From: an uncultured Candidatus Rokubacteria bacterium
GTDB lineage: Bacteria; Methylomirabilota; Methylomirabilia; Rokubacteriales; CSP1-6
Direction: 5' to 3'
NCBI GenBank assembly: GCA_963771355.1
Contig: CAVYTA010000006.1
Location: 1,568,001 to 1,632,000 of the forward strand
DNA: 64,000 nt
The translations under genes were made by a program, and so were the position numbers. How positions within the stretch are numbered: the first letter of the stretch is position 1; each line of letters starts with the position of its first letter. A model generated the notes under the pieces. The model was not told where the DNA came from. It did not search any database and was given only the letters and a program-made list of their open reading frames with translations. Of this stretch, positions 44,036 through 52,709 are shown piece by piece.

Positions 44036-45756
44036 GGCGATGCGCTGACTGTATCACCGGCGCCGGCGAGACGCGCAGCGAGGCGCTGGGCATCTTCCAC
44101 CACGAGGACCGTGAGCGGCGCCTGACGGTTGCGCAGCGTGAGCTCGTGCCGCGGCAGCGCCGTCGTCGGCACGCCGGCGCGTGTCGCCACCACCTCCGAG
44201 ATCACCAGCTCGCACTGGTAGTCCTTGGTCAGGGCCTCCAGCCGCGCGGCCACGTGCACGGTGTCGCCCACCGCGGTGAGATAGAACGCCTGGCCGTACC
44301 CCATGCCCCCCACCACGGTGGACCCCGAGTGGATGCCGATCCCGATGCGCAGCGGCGAATCGAGCTCGTCGCCCAGGGACTGGCTCAGCTCGCGCACGCG
44401 CTCCACCATGGCCGCGGCGGCGCCGAGCGCCTGACGGCAACCGACGGCGGCGCCCTTTTCGACCCCGAAGAGCGCCATCACCCCGTCGCCGGTGAACTGG
44501 TTGACGATCCCCCCCGCGTCCGTGACCGCGGTGCCCACCGCCTCGAAGTAGCGGTTGAGGAAGAAGACGACGTCATAGGGCAGCCGGTGCTCGGCCAGCC
44601 GGGTGAAGCCGCGGAGGTCGGCGAAGAGCACGGCGATCTCCCGCTCCTGGCCGTGACGGGCGCCGACTTGCAAGGCGGCCGCCTGGGCCGACAGCGAGGC
44701 CGGCATGAGCGGGACCACCGCGATGTCCCCGGCCGGGCGAAGCTGGCAGGCCAGCCGCACGTTGGGAGGGGCGCTCACGCGTTCGAGCACGCGCGCCTCG
44801 GCGGCACTCGGCGCCGGGAGCGCGCCCAGGTCGCCCACCACGCGGATCCGGCACGTCGAGCAGCGGCCGCGGCCCCCGCAGGCGGACGCGTGCGGGATCC
44901 GCCCGAATCGGCTCGCCTCGAGCACGCTCCAGCCGGGCGGCACGAGGACGTCGCGGCGCTCCGGATAGCTCACGCGAATCATGCCCCGGCGCCGGCGGAT
45001 TCGCTCGCGCGCGACCCGCGCGATCAGCACGCCGACGAGGGCGGCGCCATAGGTCGCCAGCATGGCGCGCTGGATCTCGCCCGGCCGCGCGCGCTCCGCG
45101 GGTGTCACGGGCTGGGCCGTCCGCATCAGGTCGCGGGCCAACCCCGGCGTCCGGGCCAGCAGCGCCGCCGCCTCTCGCGCGCCGGCGGCGAAGCCCAGCA
45201 GGGCCAGCACCGGCACGAGGAGCGCGCCCGCGAAGAGCGCCAGGGCCACGCGCGGATACCACCGACGAAACCGGAGCCAGAAGTGAAGCCCCATGCAGCC
45301 GTGGATCCAGGCGATGAGCAGGAGGCACACCTGACGCAGTCCCGCGGTCGGGTCGAAGACCCACAAGAAAAGCAGCACCCGCGCGTACGACGGCGTGGTG
45401 CCGAGCAGCGCGTCGGTCACCCCAGTCCCTGCGATGTGGGAGAGCAGGAGCGGTGGGATGGCGAGGCCGAGGACGAGCTGGGCCGCCTCCCAGGCCGGCA
45501 TTCGCAGCGTGCGGCGCCGGTAGAGCGCCCAGAGCCCGAGGCCCAGATGGGTGATGAGCGCCCCGTAGAGGAGGACCATGCCCGGCGGGCTGCGCCAGAG
45601 GAGCAGGGCCCAGGTGAGTCCCCGCTCCATCGCCCCGAGGGAGATCAGGCCCAGGGCGTGGTTGCTGAGATGGAGGAGGACGTAGGTGAACAGCGTCAGG
45701 CCGCCCCAGAGACGCACTTTCCTGGTCAGGGGCGTCCCGGCGAGGACGAATCGCAT
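44032..45756 (-). CDS. CyaC-type adenylate cyclase (His-rich TM domain + 2Fe-2S ferredoxin + class III cyclase)
   Basis: TM HxxNH motif, CGGRGRCSTC...RLACQ, FADLRGFT, GDGVMALFG, VGDTVHVAARLE. Confidence 0.85.
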   Translation of the reverse strand: MRFVLAGTPLTRKVRLWGGLTLFTYVLLHLSNHALGLISLGAMERGLTWALLLWRSPPGMVLLYGALITHLGLGLWALYRRRTLRMPAWEAAQLVLGLAIPPLLLSHIAGTGVTDALLGTTPSYARVLLFLWVFDPTAGLRQVCLLLIAWIHGCMGLHFWLRFRRWYPRVALALFAGALLVPVLALLGFAAGAREAAALLARTPGLARDLMRTAQPVTPAERARPGEIQRAMLATYGAALVGVLIARVARERIRRRRGMIRVSYPERRDVLVPPGWSVLEASRFGRIPHASACGGRGRCSTCRIRVVGDLGALPAPSAAEARVLERVSAPPNVRLACQLRPAGDIAVVPLMPASLSAQAAALQVGARHGQEREIAVLFADLRGFTRLAEHRLPYDVVFFLNRYFEAVGTAVTDAGGIVNQFTGDGVMALFGVEKGAAVGCRQALGAAAAMVERVRELSQSLGDELDSPLRIGIGIHSGSTVVGGMGYGQAFYLTAVGDTVHVAARLEALTKDYQCELVISEVVATRAGVPTTALPRHELTLRNRQAPLTVLVVEDAQRLAARLAGAGDTVSASP

Positions 45757-45770
45757 CAGACGCGGCGGCC

Positions 45771-46571
45771 CTAGAGGGCGCTTCGCCCCGCCGCCTTGTC
45801 GAGAAAGCGGACCAGCACGCGATTGAACTCCTCGGGCTGCTCGAGATTCGACAGGTGCGAGGCGGAGCGCAGGATCGCCAGCTCGGCCGATGGCAGGGCG
45901 GCGTGGATATCGCGCGCCATCTCCACCGGGGTGCCCGGATCCTCCTCGCCCACGATGACCAGCGCCGGACAGGCGACGGCGCCGAGCCGGTCGGTGACGT
46001 TGATCTTCGGGATGGCGTGGCAGCAGCCGATGTAACCCTGGGCGGGCGTGGCGCGGATCATCGCGCCCACCTGCTCCATGAGATCCGGGCGCCGGGCGCG
46101 GAAGGGGGCGGTGAACCACCGGCCGAGCGTGGGCTCGACCAGGGGCTCCATCCCCTTCGCCTCCACGGTCTTGATGCGGTCTTGCCAGACGGGCGCCGCG
46201 GCCGCCGGGTAGCGGCTCGTCGTGTCACAGAGGACGAGGCTCTGGACCATCTCCGGATACTTCAGCGCGAAGATCTGGCCGATCATTCCGCCCATGGAGA
46301 GGCCCACGAAGTGTGTCCGCGCGATGCCGAGCCCGCCGAGGAGCCCGTGGACGTCTTCCGCCAGCTGCTCCAGCGTGTAGGCGCCCGCGGGCGCGCCCGA
46401 CTGGCCGTGGCCGCGCGTGTCGAAGCGCAGCACGCGATAGCGGCCCCGGAGCGCGGCCGCCTGAGCGTCCCACATCGAGAGGTCGCAGCCCAGTGAGTGG
46501 CTGAACGTCACCACCGGCCCCTCCCCTTCGATGGCGTAGTTGATCTCGATTCCGTTGACGGAGAGCTTCAT
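45771..46571 (-). CDS. pcaD: 3-oxoadipate enol-lactonase-like alpha/beta hydrolase
   Basis: HSLG, DTRGHG, GLSMGG, HLSNLEQP. Confidence 0.75.
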   Translation of the reverse strand: MKLSVNGIEINYAIEGEGPVVTFSHSLGCDLSMWDAQAAALRGRYRVLRFDTRGHGQSGAPAGAYTLEQLAEDVHGLLGGLGIARTHFVGLSMGGMIGQIFALKYPEMVQSLVLCDTTSRYPAAAAPVWQDRIKTVEAKGMEPLVEPTLGRWFTAPFRARRPDLMEQVGAMIRATPAQGYIGCCHAIPKINVTDRLGAVACPALVIVGEEDPGTPVEMARDIHAALPSAELAILRSASHLSNLEQPEEFNRVLVRFLDKAAGRSAL

Positions 46572-46584
46572 CGCTGGTCCCCTC

Positions 46585-49500
46585 TCACTCTTTGGTGGCG
46601 GTGCTGGGGCAGATCTGGTTGTACGCGCAGTATCGGCAGATCTGGTAGCCCGGCGTGGGATCGAACTGCCGCGCGCGAATGCCGGCGGCGGCCTCCTCGA
46701 TGGCGGTGCGCGCGTCGGCGAGATCCTCGGCGGTGGGCGTATGCCGACCGGCGAGGCCGGACTCGAGGAAGCGCAGCTCCACGCGTGCGGGGAGCTCGCC
46801 GGTGGCCTGCTGGTGGGCCAGCGCGTACATCTTGAGCTGAAGGCTCTCGCGCGCACGCTTGTCGGCGGCCTTCTGCTCGGTGACGTCGCTGGATTTGTAG
46901 TCCACGATCACCGTGCCCTCGGGGGTGTCGTCCACGCGATCAAACCGGCCCCGCACCCGCGTGGGGCCGAGGGCAAACATGAATTCACCTTCCACGCTCA
47001 GCGGCTTCTGGCCGGACGCCTCCTCCTCGTGATAGAAGCGCGTGAGCGCCTCCACGCCCGCCTGCTTGCGCTTCTCCTCGTGCTCGCGGGTGAGGAAGCC
47101 TTCGTTGCGCCAGGCATCGTCGAATGCCCGGAGGAAATCCTCGAGCGAAGTGTAGTTACCCGCCACGCGCCGACGCAGGTAGAGTTCCACTGCCTTGTGC
47201 AGCGCGCTGCCGTAGACGATGGCGTGGTGCTGCCGCAGCGGGATGCGCAGCAGGTGCACGTACTGGTACTTCAGCGGGCACGTGCGGTAGTCGTCCACCT
47301 GGTGGTGGCTCACCATCAGCTCGGCGTCGGCAGGCAGCGGCGCCTGCCCCGCGCTCTGATGCTCCGGCGGGGGCGCGTTGCGCTTCAGCTCCTCGATGGG
47401 CTGGGCCCTGAAAAGCCGCACCGCGTCCACCGACAGCTCGAGCGCCTCTACCACGAACTGGCTCACCTTCCACTTGCGCTTACCGCCGAGGTCCTCGGCG
47501 CCGGTGAGATAGAGCCGATCCTTGGCTCGGGTCATCGCCACGTAGAAGAGCCGGCGCTCTTCCTGAAGGTGGAAATCCCCGCCCGGCAAGGTGTCCTTGA
47601 TGAGGGCAGCCGGCATCTCGATGGGCTCCGAGCGCCGGATCGAAGGGAAACGGTTGTGCACACAGTTGACCACGAATACTACTGGCCACTCGAGCCCCTT
47701 CGCTTTGTGCACGGTAAGCACATGCACCGCGGGGATGTCCGAGTCGGGCTCCGCCAAGGGCGGATCGTCATCGGCATCGATCAACGCGTCGAGATGATTC
47801 ACGAACTCGCGCACGGTATCGTACTTCAGCACGCGTCCGGCATCCCGCACCCGGCTGAAGAACTTGCTGACGTTCTGGACCTCCTGCTCCAGCTCCGCGG
47901 GCGCCTTCGCGTAGCGGGTCATCAGCCCGGAGTCGGTGAGGAACTGATACAGGAGCTCGCCGGTGGGTGTCTCCCGCGCCAGCTCCATGTAGCGCTGAAG
48001 GTCCGCCACCAGCCGGCGCACCGCCGCCGCGCCCTCCTCGCTCAACGCCACCTCCGCCGGCGGATCCCGGAGCACGTCGAAGAGCCAGCGATGGCGCCGG
48101 TCGGCAAAGGTGGCGCACTTGGTGAGGTCCACGATCGGCACCTGATAGATGTCGGAGGACGCGAGGTAGTGCAGGCTCACCGATTCGTCAGGATGCGCCA
48201 CCGTCCGGAGGAACGAGATGAGCAGCCGGATTTCCGGCCGGCCGTAGAGCCCGGCATTCCCCGAGAAGGTCCAAGGCAGGTCGCGCGTATTGAGCGCCCG
48301 GAGAAAAGCGTCGGCGTCGTTGTTGGCCCGGACCAGGATGGCGAAGTCCTTGAGCGGCCGCCCCTGCGCGTGCTCCTCGACGATGAGGTCGGCCACCTGA
48401 TCCGCCTCGGAGGTGAGGGTGTCGAAAGCCAGGTAGCGCGGCGGCCGCGGGTTGGGGGCCGCCCCTGTCATGCTGATCAGCTTCTTGCTGATTCCGTACT
48501 TCACTTCGAGCCGGTCGGGGTTATTGAACTGGATGAGCCGGTACGCGCTGTCCAGCACTTCCTGCGGACACCGGTAGTTCTCGGTAAGCACGATGTCCCG
48601 GGCGTCCGGATAGCGCTCCTTGAACTGGAGCACGTTCGAGATCGCGGCTCCCCGCCACTTGTAGATCGACTGATCGTCGTCGGCGACCACGGCGAGATTC
48701 CGGTGCCGCTCGGCCAGCCGCTCCACGATCTCGTTCTGCGCGTAGTTGGTGTCCTGGAACTCGTCCACCAGAACGTACTTGAACCGCTCCTGGTACCGGC
48801 GCAGCACGTGTGGGCGGGTCCGGAAGAGCCGGAGCGTCTCCACGATCTGGTCGCCGAAGTCGATCTGGCCGAGGCGCGCCATCAAGGTCTGGTACTGGGC
48901 ATAGGTGCGCGCCAGCTCGAGATGCTCCTCCGCCTCCAGCCGGCCCTCGTCGTCGGCGGCGCTCGAGAGGAGAACTTCCGCCTGCGCGAGATAGGCGTCC
49001 GGACCCACGTCCTCGTCCTTGAGCCGGCTGAAGAGGCCAAGGAAGGCCTGGAGATGCCGGGTCGGATCACCCAGCGGACGGTAGTGCTTGAGCGGAAACT
49101 CGAAGAGGTGATCGCGCAGGAAGATCACTTGCTCCGCGCGGGTGAGCACCCGGAAGTCAGGCGTGAGCCCCAGCTCGAGCGCGTTCTCCTTGATGAGGCG
49201 ATCGCCGAAGGCGTGAAAAGTGGAGATCTGCACGTCGGCATAGCCGTAGGGGACGAGCGTGTCCACCCGCTCCTCCATCTCGGCGGCCGCCTTGTCGGTG
49301 AAGGTCAGGGCCAGGATCTCGGAGGGACGCGCGCGCCGCGCGGCGATGAGGTAGGCGATGCGCCGGGTGATGACCGTGGTCTTCCCGGTGCCGGCGCCGG
49401 CGATGATGAGCAGCGGCCCGGCCTCGTGGGTGACGGCGGCGCGCTGGGCCTCGTTGAGGCCTTCGAGGATCCGATCGATGCCGCGCGGTTCCCGCTCCAT
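46585..49500 (-). CDS. UvrD/REP-family helicase with C-terminal PD-(D/E)xK nuclease
   Basis: AGAGTGKT, VDEFQD, TVHKAKGLE, EERRLFYVAMTRA; GRFDRVD...VDYK; Cys set CPLKY...CRYC...C. Confidence 0.9.
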   Translation of the reverse strand: MEREPRGIDRILEGLNEAQRAAVTHEAGPLLIIAGAGTGKTTVITRRIAYLIAARRARPSEILALTFTDKAAAEMEERVDTLVPYGYADVQISTFHAFGDRLIKENALELGLTPDFRVLTRAEQVIFLRDHLFEFPLKHYRPLGDPTRHLQAFLGLFSRLKDEDVGPDAYLAQAEVLLSSAADDEGRLEAEEHLELARTYAQYQTLMARLGQIDFGDQIVETLRLFRTRPHVLRRYQERFKYVLVDEFQDTNYAQNEIVERLAERHRNLAVVADDDQSIYKWRGAAISNVLQFKERYPDARDIVLTENYRCPQEVLDSAYRLIQFNNPDRLEVKYGISKKLISMTGAAPNPRPPRYLAFDTLTSEADQVADLIVEEHAQGRPLKDFAILVRANNDADAFLRALNTRDLPWTFSGNAGLYGRPEIRLLISFLRTVAHPDESVSLHYLASSDIYQVPIVDLTKCATFADRRHRWLFDVLRDPPAEVALSEEGAAAVRRLVADLQRYMELARETPTGELLYQFLTDSGLMTRYAKAPAELEQEVQNVSKFFSRVRDAGRVLKYDTVREFVNHLDALIDADDDPPLAEPDSDIPAVHVLTVHKAKGLEWPVVFVVNCVHNRFPSIRRSEPIEMPAALIKDTLPGGDFHLQEERRLFYVAMTRAKDRLYLTGAEDLGGKRKWKVSQFVVEALELSVDAVRLFRAQPIEELKRNAPPPEHQSAGQAPLPADAELMVSHHQVDDYRTCPLKYQYVHLLRIPLRQHHAIVYGSALHKAVELYLRRRVAGNYTSLEDFLRAFDDAWRNEGFLTREHEEKRKQAGVEALTRFYHEEEASGQKPLSVEGEFMFALGPTRVRGRFDRVDDTPEGTVIVDYKSSDVTEQKAADKRARESLQLKMYALAHQQATGELPARVELRFLESGLAGRHTPTAEDLADARTAIEEAAAGIRARQFDPTPGYQICRYCAYNQICPSTATKE

Positions 49501-49556
49501 GTCGCTACCCGCGAATCATAACATTCGCGCGCAGGGCCGCGGCCACGGCGCGGCGG

Positions 49557-50522
49557 CTAGCGACGGATCTCCGTGCTGTCCGAGGCCATCAGCTCCTCCA
49601 GCTCGGCGCGGCCGACCAGCGCGATGTCGCCCCAGATCGTGCACTTCAGCGCGGCCAGCGCGGTGCCCGCATCCACCGCCGCCTGCGCGCCACCCCCGGT
49701 GAGCAGGGCCCAGAGAAAGCCCGCCGCGAACGCATCTCCGGCCCCCACACGGTCTACCACGGACACGGTATAGCGCTTGCGCGGCCGCCACACCGTGCCG
49801 CCCTCGAGCACGGCCGCGCCCGCCTCGCCGAGCGTGAGCGCGATGGTGGCCTGAGGCGCATGCGTCCGCAGACCTGCCAGCACAGCCTCGGGAGAGCCCG
49901 TGTGCTCGAACACCGTCTCCGCATCGTCCGCGCCGATGAAGAGGTAGCGTACGGCGGGCAGGATCTCCACGAGAAAGTCCCGCGCCTCCTTCGGCGTCCA
50001 CAGGCGGCCCCGATAGTTGATGTCGAGCGACAGGGACACGCCGGCCGCGGCCGCCTCGCGCACCGCACGCCGGATCACCTCGCGGAGATTCTCGCCGAGC
50101 GCGGGCGTGATCCCGGACAGATGCAGGAGACGGGTGCCCCGCAGCCGCGTCCAGTCCACGTCCTCCGGCTGGAGCCGGCTCATCGCCGAATCGCGCCGAT
50201 CGTACAGGATGCGGACCGGGCGCGGCGCCATGCCGTACTCCAGGAAGTACAGGCCCATGCGCGCCCCCTCGGGTCGGAGCACCCCCGCGCAGTCGACGCC
50301 ATGCCCCGTGAGCTCACGCAGCGCGCGGTCCGCCCAGGCATGCGCGGCCGGAAACGCGGAGATGAACGCGGTGCGCAAGCCGAGGCGCGCGCAGGCGGCG
50401 GCCACGTTGGCCTCGGAACCGCCGATCTGCACGTCCAGGGAGACGGCCTGCTCGAGTCGCTGCGGGGGCGGCGCGGCGAGCCGCAGCATCACCTCTCCCA
50501 GCGAGACGAGGTCGAAGCCCAT
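49557..50522 (-). CDS. kdgK: PfkB-family sugar kinase (2-keto-3-deoxygluconate kinase-like)
   Basis: GEVMLR, GGSEANVA, SGITPAL, DINYR, DRVGAGDAF. Confidence 0.78.
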   Translation of the reverse strand: MGFDLVSLGEVMLRLAAPPPQRLEQAVSLDVQIGGSEANVAAACARLGLRTAFISAFPAAHAWADRALRELTGHGVDCAGVLRPEGARMGLYFLEYGMAPRPVRILYDRRDSAMSRLQPEDVDWTRLRGTRLLHLSGITPALGENLREVIRRAVREAAAAGVSLSLDINYRGRLWTPKEARDFLVEILPAVRYLFIGADDAETVFEHTGSPEAVLAGLRTHAPQATIALTLGEAGAAVLEGGTVWRPRKRYTVSVVDRVGAGDAFAAGFLWALLTGGGAQAAVDAGTALAALKCTIWGDIALVGRAELEELMASDSTEIRR

Positions 50523-50531
50523 GCCGGGCGG

Positions 50532-51332
50532 TCAGGCGGTGGAGACGAGCCGGACGGTGAAGGAGCTGCCGAACATCAAGGAGGAGCGCACCGACTCGAC
50601 GTGGCGCGCCTGATCGAAGGTGACGCGAGCCGGCTGGCTCGAGCGCGCCCACGAGGAGAAGCGCGTGATGTCGATCTGCGCGCTCAGCAGGCCGGTGGCA
50701 GGATCCGACGTCACCCGGAAGCGAAGCGGCACGATCTCGGCGCGATAGCCGTTCGCCGAGACATCGTCCAGTCCTTCGTTCTCCGCCTTCGCCCGGCGCA
50801 CGATCGCGGTGCGGTAGTAGCCCTCGCCGTCCTGCTCGAGCCGATTCGCCGCAAAATTCAGCATGGCGGAGGCGATGTCGTCCACCGCCTGCCCCGCCGG
50901 GAGTTTGATCACATCGTCCACTTGGCGACGCCGGCCGAGAAACAAGGTGTAGCCTACGGAGTGGAACTCCACCGTGCCGTGCTCGTAGTTGTACTTCATC
51001 GTGCTCCAGCTCTCCCGACCGCGCACGGTACCGGTGCTCAGACTTTCGAGGGGCAGGAAGCGCCCGGCGCGAATGATCCCGCTCGCCTCCGTTCGCAGCG
51101 TGACCCCCGTGCCCTCGCCCGTGAGCACCACGCGATAACGGCTCGCCCCGTAGTCGATGTCCTCCGTCATGGTGCCGGACACGTGATAGGTCAGGAGGTC
51201 GAAGAGCACCCCGACGTCGGCCTGGTAGGAAAAGGTTTTCCTGCTCGGTAATCCCGCCCCGGCGACACGGGGCAAGAGAAGGAAGGCCAGAGGCAAACCC
51301 AGGAAGTGGCGTCGCGATAGAATCGGGGCCAT
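50532..51332 (-). CDS. exported hypothetical protein with Tat signal
   Basis: SRRHFL twin-arginine motif + hydrophobic stretch; beta-rich mature region. Confidence 0.65.
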   Translation of the reverse strand: MAPILSRRHFLGLPLAFLLLPRVAGAGLPSRKTFSYQADVGVLFDLLTYHVSGTMTEDIDYGASRYRVVLTGEGTGVTLRTEASGIIRAGRFLPLESLSTGTVRGRESWSTMKYNYEHGTVEFHSVGYTLFLGRRRQVDDVIKLPAGQAVDDIASAMLNFAANRLEQDGEGYYRTAIVRRAKAENEGLDDVSANGYRAEIVPLRFRVTSDPATGLLSAQIDITRFSSWARSSQPARVTFDQARHVESVRSSLMFGSSFTVRLVSTA

Positions 51333-51451
51333 GGATACGTTGATTGTACCCGACGCGGGAGGCGGAGGAAACTTGGTTTCCCTCCAGTTTCTTGCTATGG
51401 TTCCGATTACCTCGCTTTAACTTTCAGTGGTTTAGGGGGCAGACCGTCTCC

Positions 51452-52696
51452 ATGAGACATGGACGGCGCGTAGTCATCACGGGCATCGGCGTCGTTGCCC
51501 CCAATGGCATCGGTAAGCAGGCCTACTGGGACAGCCTCATCGCGGGCCGGTCCGGTGTGGACTGGATTACCGAGTTCAACACTGACCCCTATCCTTGCAA
51601 GGTCGCCGCCAAGGTCAAGAACTTCGATCCGGGGGCGTTCATCAGAACGAAGCAAGTTCGCCATATGGGAAGGTTCAGTCAATTCGCGGTTGCAGCCGCC
51701 AGGATGGCTCTAGATGATTCCCAGCTTGCGTTAACTCCGTCAGTGACAAGCCGGGCGGCCGTCTGCTTTGGAACATCTGGTGGGGCCCCAATCTTTGAGG
51801 AGGCTGTGATTAACTTTCACACGGGGGGCTTGCAAGCGGTTGATCCTTGGACCGCTCTGGAATACCCGCCTCATGCGCCGGCATCTTACGTCTCGATCGA
51901 ACTCGGTATCACTGGCCGGACTCTCTCCATCGCGTCGAATTGCTGCACGGGACTTGATGCCATTCAGTCAGCGACCACAGAGATCAGATCAGGACGTACG
52001 AGCGTTGTACTGGCAGGAAGCGCAGAAGCTCCGATCTCTCCCGCAATTTTTGCCACATTCTCCGCGCTCGGAGCATTGAGCAAGCGGAGTGATGACCCCA
52101 CTAAAGCTTCGCGCCCCTATGACCTCTTGAGAGATGGCCTCGTCATTGGTGAAGGTGCCGCAGCTTTCGTTCTCGAAGAAATAGAGCACGCAAGAGATCG
52201 TGGCGCGAGAATTTTTGCTGAGATAAAAGGCGCAAGCGGTGCGAGCGAAGCGATCGATATGCGTAAGGGGGACCTGTCCGGAAGAGTAATGGCGAGGGCA
52301 CTATCAGGCGCGATCCAGGATTCTGGACTCAAGGCCACCGACATCGACTATGTAAACGCCCATGGCAGTTCGCTCCCAGATTTTGATGTTTGTGATTCGA
52401 ACGCCTTCAAACAGGCGCTCTCCGATCACGCGTACAGAATTCCGATCTCGTCGATAAAATCCATGATCGGCCAACCCTTTGCTGCCGCTGGGTCTCTTCA
52501 GGCGGCCGCTGCATGTCTTTCTCTGGAGCATCAGCGCGTACCGCCAACTATCAATCAAGAGTTCCCCGACCCCCGATGCGATCTTGACTATGTTCCAAAC
52601 GTATCTCGTGTAGCACGAATCAGGAACATCTTGGTGAATGGCCATGGTTTCGGTGGAGGGTGTACTGCCATAGTAGTCGGACGAACTGACGAATGA
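51452..52696 (+). CDS. beta-ketoacyl synthase (FabF/KS-alpha-like) with variant active site
   Basis: RVVITGIG, SNCCTGLDA, SRPYD..RDG...GEGA, YVNAHGSS, SSIKSMIGQ, GFGG. Confidence 0.85.
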   Translation: MRHGRRVVITGIGVVAPNGIGKQAYWDSLIAGRSGVDWITEFNTDPYPCKVAAKVKNFDPGAFIRTKQVRHMGRFSQFAVAAARMALDDSQLALTPSVTSRAAVCFGTSGGAPIFEEAVINFHTGGLQAVDPWTALEYPPHAPASYVSIELGITGRTLSIASNCCTGLDAIQSATTEIRSGRTSVVLAGSAEAPISPAIFATFSALGALSKRSDDPTKASRPYDLLRDGLVIGEGAAAFVLEEIEHARDRGARIFAEIKGASGASEAIDMRKGDLSGRVMARALSGAIQDSGLKATDIDYVNAHGSSLPDFDVCDSNAFKQALSDHAYRIPISSIKSMIGQPFAAAGSLQAAAACLSLEHQRVPPTINQEFPDPRCDLDYVPNVSRVARIRNILVNGHGFGGGCTAIVVGRTDE

Positions 52697-52709
52697 GGAT
52701 CTTGAAGCT

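Noticed and set aside
51452..52696. Type II PKS biosynthetic cluster
   Set aside because: No chain-length factor, ACP, cyclase or tailoring genes in the neighbourhood.
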